NCBI GenBank assembly: GCA_035776755.1
Contig: DASTWS010000015.1
Coordinates: 5,474 to 69,473, forward strand
Length of the DNA stretch: 64,000 nucleotides
DNA from: Verrucomicrobiia bacterium
GTDB lineage: Bacteria > Verrucomicrobiota > Verrucomicrobiia > Limisphaerales > UBA11358
Reading direction: 5' to 3'
Shown in pieces: positions 1 through 9,476 of the stretch (position 1 is its first letter; every line of letters starts with the position of its first letter). The notes under the pieces were generated by a model. It did no database searches, was not told the DNA's origin, and worked only from the letters and a program-made list of their open reading frames with translations. Made by a program: the position numbers and the translations under genes.

Positions 1-632
1 ATGCTCGCCGTCAAAATGCCGGAGATCGTGCGGCGCACGTCCGGCGCAAATTTTTTGTGGATGACATTGCCGCCGAGGGGCAGGGGAAGGCCGTCGTTTT
101 GTTTTCCCCACCAGACGCCGAGATCTTCGCAAACGACGAGCCCTTCGTTTTGATAGGTCAATTGTCCTTCATGGATGATGAGGCCGACATCCGCTTTGCC
201 TTCACGAACGGTTTTAAAGATTTGGTCGAAGGGAACGACGATATAATTAAATTCTTTCGCCGGTTTTCCAACCCACAGCTGCAATGCCAAAAAGGCGCTG
301 GTCATCGTGCCGGGCACGGCGATCTTCCGTTTTAAAATCTCTTCGCGCGAAAATTTTTGTTTCGCCACCAGCATCGGGCCGTAGCCATCGCCCATGCTCG
401 CGCCGCTCGGAAGCAGCGCATATTTGTCCGAAACATAGGCGTAGGCGTGAATGCTGACGGCGGAAATGTCCAGTTCGCCGCGCGTGGCGCGCTCGTTCAG
501 TGTTTGAATGTCCTGCAAAATGTGTTCAAAGCGGAAGCCTTGCGAAGGAATCAGTTCCTTTGCCAGTCCATAAAACATGAAGGCATCGTCCGGATCCGGT
601 GAATGTCCAAGCGTCAATGTCGTTTGCTGCAT
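1..632 (-). CDS. mqnD: 1,4-dihydroxy-6-naphthoate synthase, MqnA/MqnD family (futalosine menaquinone pathway); 3' end runs off the window
   Basis: Not in the ORF track because there is no stop in the window. Manual minus-strand translation from ATG 632 gives MQQTTLTLGHSPDPDDAFMFYGLAK...GKADVGLIIHEGQL...LPLPLGGNVIHKK, which are MqnD-type motifs. Confidence 0.85.
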   Translation of the reverse strand, partial: MQQTTLTLGHSPDPDDAFMFYGLAKELIPSQGFRFEHILQDIQTLNERATRGELDISAVSIHAYAYVSDKYALLPSGASMGDGYGPMLVAKQKFSREEILKRKIAVPGTMTSAFLALQLWVGKPAKEFNYIVVPFDQIFKTVREGKADVGLIIHEGQLTYQNEGLVVCEDLGVWWGKQNDGLPLPLGGNVIHKKFAPDVRRTISGILTAS

Positions 633-760
633 CCGATGAAATTAAATCAGCCAGCGCGCGCTGTCACGACGAGAAGATTTGCGCGGCGTTTTTTCTCTTG
701 CAACGCACCGGTGGTAAAATCAGACTGCCGACAGTTTCCAGGCAATCGCAAATCAGAACC

Positions 761-2542
761 ATGAATATTTGCCGGCGCATTTTGAATTTTTCCGCGCTGA
801 TTTTATTTCTCTCTCTTTTTATGGCCGCGCGCGGCGAAGACAGTCCGCCCATCATGCCGCTTTCGGAAATAAAGCCGGGCATGACCGGCGAATGGCATAC
901 CGTCGTTTCCGGCACGCGCATTGATCGTTTTCCGTTCGAAGTCGTCGGCATCGCGCAAAATTTTATCGGCCCGAAGCGTCCGGTCATCATCTGCCGCGGA
1001 TTGGATGCGACGAATAAATTGACCGGGCCGGTCGCCGGCATGAGCGGCAGCCCGGTTTACATCAACGGAAAACTCATCGGCGCCTATGCCTACGGATTTC
1101 TTTATCCGCACGACCAGGATTTGTTTGGCGTTACGCCGATTGAGCAAATGTTGGAAGTGGAAAATTATCAGCCAACGACGAATGGAACGGCTTTTGTAAA
1201 AGTCAATTCGGATGATGCTTCGCCGCAATGGCTCGTTGCGCCGGCGACAGACGCCAATGTGCCCGCGCCGTCTGCATTGCAATCCACAATGAAGGCGTTG
1301 CCGACGCCGTTGTTCGTTTCCGGCGTTTCGGAACGCGTGTTGAAAAAATTTGAATCGCATTTGAGCGCGCTCGGTTTGCAGGTGATGCAGGCGCCATCGG
1401 GCAGCGCGACGGAAATAACGGATACAAATCTTGAGCCCGGCTCGGCGGTTTCCGGCGTTTTGATGAGCGGCGATTTTCAATTTGCGGGAACCGGCACGGT
1501 GACCTGGCGGCACGGCGATCGGATTTTGGCGTTTGGGCATCCGTTCATGCAACAAGGCCCGACGGAAATGCCGATGGCATCGGCGGAAATCCTGACGGTC
1601 GTGCAATCATGGGTGCGTTCCTTCAAATTGCTGAACGTCGGCCCGGTCGTCGGAACGATTTATCAGGACCGGCTTACGGCCATTGCCGGCGAAATCGGAC
1701 GCAAGGCGCAAACGACGCACGTGGAAATTCATGTGCAATCGCCCGACGGCAAAGAGCGTTTGTTTCAGGGCGACATGTTCCAGAATGTGGACTATTCACC
1801 GATTCTTTCGGCCATCGCGTTGCTCGAATCGTTTTACGACACGATGGAATCGGAATATGAGCAGACGATTTACATGGACACGGATATGGAAATTCCCGGC
1901 CATGAACCGATAAAATTTTCCGATGCGGCGACCGGCGAGGAGGGCGGTTATATGCTCGTGATTCAGCAGCTCGGTTTATACGAAACGCTTCTCGGCAATC
2001 CCTGTGAATTTCCCAGAGTCAAATCACTTGTTTTTCATGTGCGCCTCGCCGACGGTCATAAAGCCAGCCAGCTTGATTCGGTAGAACTGGACAATCGCGA
2101 AGTCCGCGCCGGCGGAACGCTGACGGCCGTTCTCGGCTTGCGAAATTATCATGCGCCGGGGACCAATTTTTCCATTTCAATTCCTGTTCCGCGGGAAATT
2201 AGCGCGGCGCAATTGCAATTATTCGTCGGCGATGCGGACGCGGCTTTTCAAGTTGATCAACCGTCGCGTTTGCCGCCAAAAAATCTGGAGCAGGTGCTGG
2301 AACAAATCCGCCAGACGCGTTCGCATCAGAACATTTGCATCAAGCTTCTGCAAACCACGCCGGGCTTAAATGTCGAAGGAAAAAATTTACCGGATTTACC
2401 GCCGTCGGTTATGGCGCAATTTCAGTCGCCGAATTCGCATTTCCAGAAATCCACTTTGAACCAGATCACGCTTTGGGAAACAAACGTTCCGGTCGCCGGA
2501 ATATTTGAAGGACAAATGACAATACCTGTGAGGATCAAATGA
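761..2542 (+). CDS. Exported SpoIVB-like peptidase S55 domain protein
   Basis: Motifs VAGMSGSPVYINGKLIGA and GTVT..ILAFGHPF. A signal peptide follows ATG 761; the ORF-track start at 599 overlaps mqnD. Confidence 0.8.
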   Translation: MNICRRILNFSALILFLSLFMAARGEDSPPIMPLSEIKPGMTGEWHTVVSGTRIDRFPFEVVGIAQNFIGPKRPVIICRGLDATNKLTGPVAGMSGSPVYINGKLIGAYAYGFLYPHDQDLFGVTPIEQMLEVENYQPTTNGTAFVKVNSDDASPQWLVAPATDANVPAPSALQSTMKALPTPLFVSGVSERVLKKFESHLSALGLQVMQAPSGSATEITDTNLEPGSAVSGVLMSGDFQFAGTGTVTWRHGDRILAFGHPFMQQGPTEMPMASAEILTVVQSWVRSFKLLNVGPVVGTIYQDRLTAIAGEIGRKAQTTHVEIHVQSPDGKERLFQGDMFQNVDYSPILSAIALLESFYDTMESEYEQTIYMDTDMEIPGHEPIKFSDAATGEEGGYMLVIQQLGLYETLLGNPCEFPRVKSLVFHVRLADGHKASQLDSVELDNREVRAGGTLTAVLGLRNYHAPGTNFSISIPVPREISAAQLQLFVGDADAAFQVDQPSRLPPKNLEQVLEQIRQTRSHQNICIKLLQTTPGLNVEGKNLPDLPPSVMAQFQSPNSHFQKSTLNQITLWETNVPVAGIFEGQMTIPVRIK

Positions 2543-4788
2543 AACGAATCCTTTTAGCCGCCGTTCCGCTCATGGCGCTTGCGCTCGCGCCGCTCGCCAA
2601 AGCCGTGACTACCGAGAAAATTGATTACGATACATTTGCCGGATTCAGCGCGGGCGATTTCAGCAACGTCTGCCTCACGAGCGAAGGACATCTCGAGCTT
2701 GCGCCCGCCATCACGAATCTGGCCGATGTCGCCGATCCGATCATTTGGGCCGCGGTGCAGGACAATGATGGGAATGTTTTTCTCGGCACCGGCAACCAGG
2801 GCAAGGTCTATAAACTCGATCGCAAAGGAAAATTGTCCGAATTCTTTGCGCCGAACGAAATCATGGTTCACGCGCTCGCGATTGACGGCAAAGGACGCCT
2901 TTACGCCGCGACCTCACCCAATGGCCGCGTTTATCGGCTTGATTCAGACGGTCGCGCGGAAGTTTTTTGCAATCCCGGTGAGACTTACATTTGGGCAATG
3001 ACTTTCGGCAAGGACGGCGCGCTTTATCTGGCCACGGGCGATAAAGGAAAAATTTTACGCGTGCCGGCCGGCGGTTCGACGCCGGCTAAAGCGGAAGTTT
3101 ATTTGGACACGCCCGAAGGCAATATCACCTCGCTCGCATGGGATGCCGACGGCAATCTGCTCGCCGGCACGAGTCCGCACGGTTATTTGTATCGAATTGA
3201 TAAGGCGACGAACGGTTTCGTCTTGTTCAATTCCGGTGACACCGAAATCAAACAGATTGCGGTCGCTGCCGATGGCACGATTTACGCCTCGACGTTTGCC
3301 GGGAAAAGTGGCGATGAAAAATCTTCGTCGTCCAGTTCATCCTCGCCGGTTGTCATCCTTTCCGGCGGCATGTTGGATTCGGTGAACAGCACTCCGACCA
3401 ACGCCGCGCCGAAAGCGGACGAAAATGCCGTCGTCTCAATAGACGATATTCGAAATGCCGTGAAAAGTTCATCGTCATCCGAAACATCCGGCACCGAATC
3501 GCCCGGCGCGATTTATCGCATCGAAACAAACGGTTATGTGCAACGCTTTTGGAGCGTGCCCGGCGAAGCGATTTATTCGATGCTGCTTTTGCCCGATGAC
3601 GATCTGCTTGTCGGCACGGGAGATAAAGGCCGCATTTATTCCATTTCCAGCCCGACGCATTGGAAATTGTTGCAGCAAACTGCCGACGGCGCGCAGGTGG
3701 CCGCGTTGTTGCCGACACGCGGCGACGGACAATACTTCGCGGCCACAAGCCATCCGGGAAAATTATATCGGATTGATTTCGCCCTCGCCGCCCGCGGCGT
3801 TTATACGTCCAAGGCTTTTGACGCAAATCAGAAAAGCATTTGGGGAAAAATCCGGCCGAACGGCGACGCGAAGCTCCAAATCTCGACGCGTTCGGGCAAC
3901 ACAGAAAAGCCCGAAAAAACATGGAGCGCTTGGAGCGCGCCGGTTTCGTTGACGAACGAAATCACGATCGCCAGTCCGGCGGCGCGTTATTTGCAGTATC
4001 GCGTTTTCTTCGAGCGGGATGCTGATTTGCGCCGTTTTGAATTTTATTATCAAAATCAAAATGCCGCGCCGGTCATTTCGCGCGTGAAAGTATTTGCGGA
4101 AGGTTTTGGCGTTTCAAAAATTATCATGCCGGCGCCCGGTGAAATGCCGACCAGTCTGGAGCAATTGCTGGGCGACAGAGCCGCCATGCAAAATTCGGCG
4201 CAATTGATGGCGATGCATCCGCAATTGAAGATGACGCGCGCGCCTGGCCTGTGCACGGTTGTATGGAACGCAACTGATCCGAATGGCGACGACTTGATCT
4301 ATTCCGTTTCTATTCGGGGTGAATCGGAAACGAATTGGACGACGCTCGTTGACCGGACGGACGAAACGTTCTTTTCATTCGACAGCACAGGTTTTCGCGA
4401 GGGAATTTATTTTGTGAAAGTCGCCGCGTCGGATGAAGCCGCAAACACGCCGGCAACGGCGCGCACCGCCGTGGAGCGAAGCGACGCCTTCTTGATTGAC
4501 AACACGCCGCCGGTTTTGACGGTAAAAAACCGGTCAATCACCCGGGGTGAAGCGCGCTTTACGGTTGATGCCGACGATGGCGCAAGTGTGATTTCGGATG
4601 CCACGTATTCGCTCGACGGAAAAGAAGAGATCAACGTGCGTCCTGAAAATCTCTTGTTTGATTCAATGCACGAAACGTTTTCCATCGACCTGACAGACTT
4701 GGCAAAAGGGCCGCACGGATTGTTGCTGCGCGTGCGGGACGAAGCGAAAAATGCTTCCGTGCTCAAGCTGAACTTTGAGGTTCGCTGA
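2539..4788 (+). CDS. Exported beta-propeller repeat protein with C-terminal Ig/Fn3-like domains
   Basis: Signal peptide; repeated DxxGxLYxAT/GTG blades; Ser-rich linker; C-terminal DPNGDDL and DNTPP Ig-like motifs; 4-bp overlap with the upstream gene. Confidence 0.7.
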   Translation: MKRILLAAVPLMALALAPLAKAVTTEKIDYDTFAGFSAGDFSNVCLTSEGHLELAPAITNLADVADPIIWAAVQDNDGNVFLGTGNQGKVYKLDRKGKLSEFFAPNEIMVHALAIDGKGRLYAATSPNGRVYRLDSDGRAEVFCNPGETYIWAMTFGKDGALYLATGDKGKILRVPAGGSTPAKAEVYLDTPEGNITSLAWDADGNLLAGTSPHGYLYRIDKATNGFVLFNSGDTEIKQIAVAADGTIYASTFAGKSGDEKSSSSSSSSPVVILSGGMLDSVNSTPTNAAPKADENAVVSIDDIRNAVKSSSSSETSGTESPGAIYRIETNGYVQRFWSVPGEAIYSMLLLPDDDLLVGTGDKGRIYSISSPTHWKLLQQTADGAQVAALLPTRGDGQYFAATSHPGKLYRIDFALAARGVYTSKAFDANQKSIWGKIRPNGDAKLQISTRSGNTEKPEKTWSAWSAPVSLTNEITIASPAARYLQYRVFFERDADLRRFEFYYQNQNAAPVISRVKVFAEGFGVSKIIMPAPGEMPTSLEQLLGDRAAMQNSAQLMAMHPQLKMTRAPGLCTVVWNATDPNGDDLIYSVSIRGESETNWTTLVDRTDETFFSFDSTGFREGIYFVKVAASDEAANTPATARTAVERSDAFLIDNTPPVLTVKNRSITRGEARFTVDADDGASVISDATYSLDGKEEINVRPENLLFDSMHETFSIDLTDLAKGPHGLLLRVRDEAKNASVLKLNFEVR

Positions 4789-4793
4789 CCGGT

Positions 4794-5918
4794 TCAAAGT
4801 TCGAGCACTTTTTCAAACCGCGTCAGATTTTTGGCGCCGTTGCCTGTGACCAGCGCAACGTCTTCGAGCCGCACGCCGCCGGTTTCCGGATAATACAGCC
4901 CCGGTTCAACGGTAACGACATGTCCGGGTTTCAATTTCCCGGTCGAGGTCGCGCCCATGCGCGGCGCTTCATGGATTTCCAGGCCGAGCCCATGGCCGGT
5001 TCCGTGAAAAAAGCCTTCCATGTGGCCATTGCGGCGGCCGGTTTTGTAACCGCGTTGAACGAAAAATTCCTGCACTGCCTGATGGATTTCATTCGTCGGC
5101 GTCCCGGCGCGGATTTTATTGAAGGCGATTTTTTGTCCCTGCCAGACAGTGTCGTAGAGTTTGCGGACCGCTTCGCTGGCGCGTCCGCGGACGACGGTGC
5201 GGGTGATGTCGCCGAAATAACCCGTCTTTTGTGAGCGGGGAAAAATATCCAGAATGATCGGCTCGTGCGCCCGCAATGGACCGTGCCCGCGCTCGTGCGG
5301 GTCGCAAGCCTGGATGCCCCCGGCTACGATCGTGTTCGCGGCCAATCCATTGGCCTGCAAAATGGCGCAATCAATGATGGCGCGCAGGCGTTCGGACGTC
5401 AGCGGCGCGCCGCGATAGATCAATTGGCGTCCTTTGCCGATTTTTGAAAGCCGCAGCGCCTGCATTCCTTCCGCCATGCCGACTTCGGCCATCGTGAGCG
5501 CGGCTGAAATTTTCCGCACTTCATCGGCGTTTTTGAATTCGCGTTTTGGAAAGACATTCGGTTCGGGTTCGAGCCTGACGCCGAGCTTTTTCAATTCACG
5601 CGCCAGGCCTAGCGGAAAATTATCCGGCACAATGGCGCGGCGAATTTTTTTGTCGCGAAAAACATGGCGGATGACGTGCGCATATCCCGGCTGTTTGACG
5701 CCCTCGCGCCGCAATTTATTTTGGATGTCCGAAAGGGAAATGGTCCGGCAATGGGCGGCCTGCTCGCGGGCGCGATCAATTTCCAGGTCGCTCAAGACCA
5801 GGAGCGGACGCCGTTCGAATTGCAAAAAGATGAATGGGTCCGGCACAAACAGGCCGGTGGCGTAAAGCATGTTCGCATCACGTTCACTGTCAGCGACGAT
5901 GAGCAATGGGTCGGGCAT
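4794..5918 (-). CDS. Xaa-Pro aminopeptidase/dipeptidase (M24)
   Basis: Metal-binding motifs DITRT, HGTGHGLGLEIHE, TVEPGLY and GGVRLED. Confidence 0.9.
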   Translation of the reverse strand: MPDPLLIVADSERDANMLYATGLFVPDPFIFLQFERRPLLVLSDLEIDRAREQAAHCRTISLSDIQNKLRREGVKQPGYAHVIRHVFRDKKIRRAIVPDNFPLGLARELKKLGVRLEPEPNVFPKREFKNADEVRKISAALTMAEVGMAEGMQALRLSKIGKGRQLIYRGAPLTSERLRAIIDCAILQANGLAANTIVAGGIQACDPHERGHGPLRAHEPIILDIFPRSQKTGYFGDITRTVVRGRASEAVRKLYDTVWQGQKIAFNKIRAGTPTNEIHQAVQEFFVQRGYKTGRRNGHMEGFFHGTGHGLGLEIHEAPRMGATSTGKLKPGHVVTVEPGLYYPETGGVRLEDVALVTGNGAKNLTRFEKVLEL

Positions 5919-6082
5919 GATTGTTGTTAAATCGCGGGTCTTAAAGTTGCCGGTTCCCGGCAATCGCTGACCAGAGATGCAATTTTTTAGAACGCGTCAA
6001 AAAATTCTATGCCATTCCTGTGCTGAACAGGATTCTGTTCGGATAATTGTTTTCACAGTGACGGGAAATTATTTTCCGGCGT

Positions 6083-7240
6083 TCAATCAGCCGGTGGCAG
6101 CCAGAGAAAATAACGTTCGCCAGCCTGCAATTTGGGAGCTTCAATCCCTAAATCGAGCTTGATGTCGTGCGCTTTGCTGCTCTCCCCGAACAGCGAGAGA
6201 AAATCGGACAGATCATGCCGCTGGCGATATTCGACGATGTTGGCGTTGCGAATGCCCGCCAATTTCATGGCCTTGTCCGTTGCCGTGTCAAAGCCTCCGA
6301 TTTCATCCACAAAACCGTATTTCAAAGCCTGCTCGCCGGAAAGAACGCGGCCGTCGGCAACTGATTCCCAATCCGTCGCGAGCGCGCGGCCGCCCATGTT
6401 CGCCTTTTCGTTTTCTTCGTGCGCGGCGGTGCGGCCGGTGCGGACGACGGCTTTGAATTTTTGAAACGTTTCGTCAATCAGGTTTTGCACCATTTCATGT
6501 TCACCGGCGGGAATATCATTCGTCTCACGCATACCGCTCAACATGTCTTTGTATTTGCCGCTTTTATAAACCATCGGTTGCAATCCGATTTTATCCATGA
6601 GGCCGCGATAATTAAGTCCTTCCATGATGACGCCAATGCTGCCGGTGAGCGTCAAATCATCGGCAACAATCCAGCGGCATGGCGCCGAAATATAATATCC
6701 GCCGCTCGCCGCGAGGCTGCCCATCGAGCAGATGACCGGTTTGCTTGAAATTTTTTGGAACCTGACAATCAATTTATTGATCTGGTCCGATGCCATCACT
6801 TCGCCGCCGGGTGAATCCACTTTCAGAATCACGGCGCGAACATTATGGTCGTCGGATGCCCGGTCCAATTGCGCTTTGATGATATCCACCATCGAATTGC
6901 CATCCGGATCTTTGGAATGACTGGTGATGATTCCATTCACGGTGATGACGGCGATTTTATTACGGGAGTGATTGTCCTGCGTCACATATTCATCCAGGCG
7001 CGGAGCGGCAGTGCGCATCGCACTCGTGGTGAAACCGGGGCCGAAACCACTTTTAAAGGTCAAGGCGCGCGCGAAAATCGAAAAATAAATGAACCAGGAA
7101 AAAGCCAGCAGGATCAGCAACACGATGGCGAATATCATCCAGCCGCGGCTTTTGCGCGGTGGGGGCGGCGGTTGCGGCGCGATAACCGGAGGGGGCATCA
7201 GCGGCGGAGGCGCGCCGGGCGGAAATGAAGTCGTTTCCAT
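6083..7240 (-). CDS. sppA: Signal peptide peptidase SppA (S49, short type)
   Basis: VDSPGG, AASGGYY, TGSIGV and SGKYKD motifs; Pro-rich N-terminus plus a TM anchor; start trimmed to METTSF. Confidence 0.9.
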   Translation of the reverse strand: METTSFPPGAPPPLMPPPVIAPQPPPPPRKSRGWMIFAIVLLILLAFSWFIYFSIFARALTFKSGFGPGFTTSAMRTAAPRLDEYVTQDNHSRNKIAVITVNGIITSHSKDPDGNSMVDIIKAQLDRASDDHNVRAVILKVDSPGGEVMASDQINKLIVRFQKISSKPVICSMGSLAASGGYYISAPCRWIVADDLTLTGSIGVIMEGLNYRGLMDKIGLQPMVYKSGKYKDMLSGMRETNDIPAGEHEMVQNLIDETFQKFKAVVRTGRTAAHEENEKANMGGRALATDWESVADGRVLSGEQALKYGFVDEIGGFDTATDKAMKLAGIRNANIVEYRQRHDLSDFLSLFGESSKAHDIKLDLGIEAPKLQAGERYFLWLPPAD

Positions 7241-7344
7241 AACGCGCGCAACGTAACGCAAAGCCGTCATCGGAGCAAGGCGCTTATAACATCGGTTGAG
7301 CCCGCAATCGAAATCCAAATGACGGACAAGGCAAAACGACGCAA

Positions 7345-8328
7345 TCACCAATAATGATGCACCAAGGGTTTGATCTCCTTTTTATAAAGTGCCGCGATTT
7401 TTTTCATCGTCGCCGGCGGCAACGATTTTAAATCGGACGCCGCGATGTTTTCGGCGACTTGCGACGGACGTTTCGCGCCGGGAATTGCGCACGTGACGGC
7501 TGGGAATTCTAAAATCCAGCGCAGCGCCATTTGCGCCAGCGTCGCATTTTTTGGAACGAGTGATTTCAATTCTCCGACGGCGCGCAATCCGGTTTCAAAA
7601 TCCACGCCGGCAAACGTTTCGCCGCGGTCGAACGCTTCGCCGTGACGATTGAAATTCCGGTGATCATCCTTTGAAAATTTGCTGTCGCGCGTGATTTTGC
7701 CGGACAGCAAACCGGAAGCGAGCGGCACGCGGGCGAGGATCCCGACTTTGTGTTTTTGCGCGAGTTGGAAAAACAAATCCGCCGGACGCTGGCGGAAAAT
7801 GTTGAAGATGATTTGCACGGACTGGACATTCGGAAATTCAATCGCTTTGATCGCTTCTTCGACCTTTTCCACGCTCACGCCGTAATGCCTCAGTTTTCCG
7901 GCTTTGACCAAATCATCCAGAATTCCAAAAACTTCCGGACGATAAAAAACTTCCGTGTGCGGACAATGCAATTGGAGCAGATCAATCGCGTCGGTTTTCA
8001 GATTCCGCAGGCTGCGCTCGATCCATGACGTCAGATTTTTCCGCGTATAACCTTCCGGCGTTTGCGTTGGCAATCTGCGGCCGGCTTTCGTCGCGACATA
8101 AAATTTTTCCTTCCGCTCCCGGCGCAATTTGGCAAAAAGCCGTTCGCTCCGGCCATCGCCGTAAACGTCCGCCGTGTCGAAAAAATTCACGCCGCCGTCG
8201 AGCGCGGCATGAAGCGCGGCGAGCGATTCCTCGTCCGAAACATTTCCCCACGAGCCGCCGATGGCCCATGCGCCAAAGCTGATTTCCGAGACTTTCCAGC
8301 CAGTCCGTCCGAGTGTGCGGTATTTCAT
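7345..8328 (-). CDS. Aldo/keto reductase
   Basis: LGRTG..VSEISFGAW, DTADVYG, TK, IDLLQLH and IPGAK motifs. Confidence 0.92.
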   Translation of the reverse strand: MKYRTLGRTGWKVSEISFGAWAIGGSWGNVSDEESLAALHAALDGGVNFFDTADVYGDGRSERLFAKLRRERKEKFYVATKAGRRLPTQTPEGYTRKNLTSWIERSLRNLKTDAIDLLQLHCPHTEVFYRPEVFGILDDLVKAGKLRHYGVSVEKVEEAIKAIEFPNVQSVQIIFNIFRQRPADLFFQLAQKHKVGILARVPLASGLLSGKITRDSKFSKDDHRNFNRHGEAFDRGETFAGVDFETGLRAVGELKSLVPKNATLAQMALRWILEFPAVTCAIPGAKRPSQVAENIAASDLKSLPPATMKKIAALYKKEIKPLVHHYW

Positions 8329-8391
8329 GCCGGAATTTTTAACGCAAAGACGCGGAGACGCAAAGGAATTGATTTCGTAAATTTAAGTTGA

Positions 8392-9375
8392 TTAGATTGG
8401 AACTTTTTGATGAACGGCGATTTGATTTTCTTCACGAGGAGATTTATCGGCTTTGTTTTTGAAAATGAAATCGCTGAACAAGATCCATCCCAACGGCAGC
8501 AGTTCGCACCAGACACGGAATTCGACATAAACGCCGTAGCCGATGTCGTTGAGGCATTGGCCGATTACGAATGCAGCAACAACAAAGCGCAGCGGCCAAT
8601 CGCGCAATTTTGTCAAACACACCAGAAGAACAATCAATCCTCCGGCATTAACGAAAATCACCGGCCACAACTTGAAAAGAGAGTTCCAATGGAAGTTTGA
8701 AAGCCATTCGGAAATTGAAAAATACCACGCCGGGGAGATGTTTGTCGGCATCATCAATTTGGTGAGGATCATCGCCAAGGCGATCACGCCAATCATTGCC
8801 AGAAATCTCAAATTCCTTTTCCACGGAGCATTCAAAAAAAGCAAAGCGCAGAGCAGAACCGTTTCTTTCATAAGCGCGCCGGCCAACAAAATCGCGATTA
8901 AAACCAGCCACGATTTTTTGCGGTAACAAAGATAGGCAGCGGTGAAAAAGAACGTTGCTGGCATATCCCATGGCAAAAAATAGGGTGGCCAGGAGGGAAT
9001 GCTGTTGCCCATAAGCCCGGCTGTCACGCCGAGCATTGGAATCCACGCCTCCGGCAATGTGAGGATAAGAACCAAAAATAAAAGTAATACCCATAATGCA
9101 TTGTAGAGAGCGAAACAGATTCCACCTTCATTCCAACTGCTTGGATTGGGTTGCCAAAAATCAAACCAACGACTTGATAAATTACAGGCAAGCCATCGGG
9201 ATTCATACATTTTCGGAATTTCTCCTGCAATTCGATAATGATGAGATTGCGAGACAGCCATAAAAACAGGAACACGGCTGCCGTCGGGACGGTGAGCGAA
9301 GCCTAATTTGAAGAGATAAAATACAAACAGAAACAAAACCAAACCCAGCAGCAGGTGCAATAACGTCCGGAGCAT
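8392..9375 (-). CDS. Polytopic membrane protein, possibly GT-C-fold related
   Basis: Many hydrophobic segments; WDMP...LMKETVLL motif; visibly AT-richer than its neighbours. Confidence 0.55.
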   Translation of the reverse strand: MLRTLLHLLLGLVLFLFVFYLFKLGFAHRPDGSRVPVFMAVSQSHHYRIAGEIPKMYESRWLACNLSSRWFDFWQPNPSSWNEGGICFALYNALWVLLLFLVLILTLPEAWIPMLGVTAGLMGNSIPSWPPYFLPWDMPATFFFTAAYLCYRKKSWLVLIAILLAGALMKETVLLCALLFLNAPWKRNLRFLAMIGVIALAMILTKLMMPTNISPAWYFSISEWLSNFHWNSLFKLWPVIFVNAGGLIVLLVCLTKLRDWPLRFVVAAFVIGQCLNDIGYGVYVEFRVWCELLPLGWILFSDFIFKNKADKSPREENQIAVHQKVPI

Positions 9376-9476
9376 CTTTTTTCACTATCAGTCCAGCGAG
9401 CCTTTTGCGACAAAATAAAATATAACTGTTTTTCCACGGCTTTGCCTCTTTGCGCATTTATGGTTAAATTCCCGCC

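Noticed and set aside
57..602. Plus-strand ORFs 57-335 and 357-602
   Set aside because: They are antisense shadows of mqnD.
5964..6082. AT-rich spacer with small hairpins as an ncRNA or riboswitch
   Set aside because: Only short weak stems are present, with no recognisable aptamer; it is compatible with a terminator or promoter.
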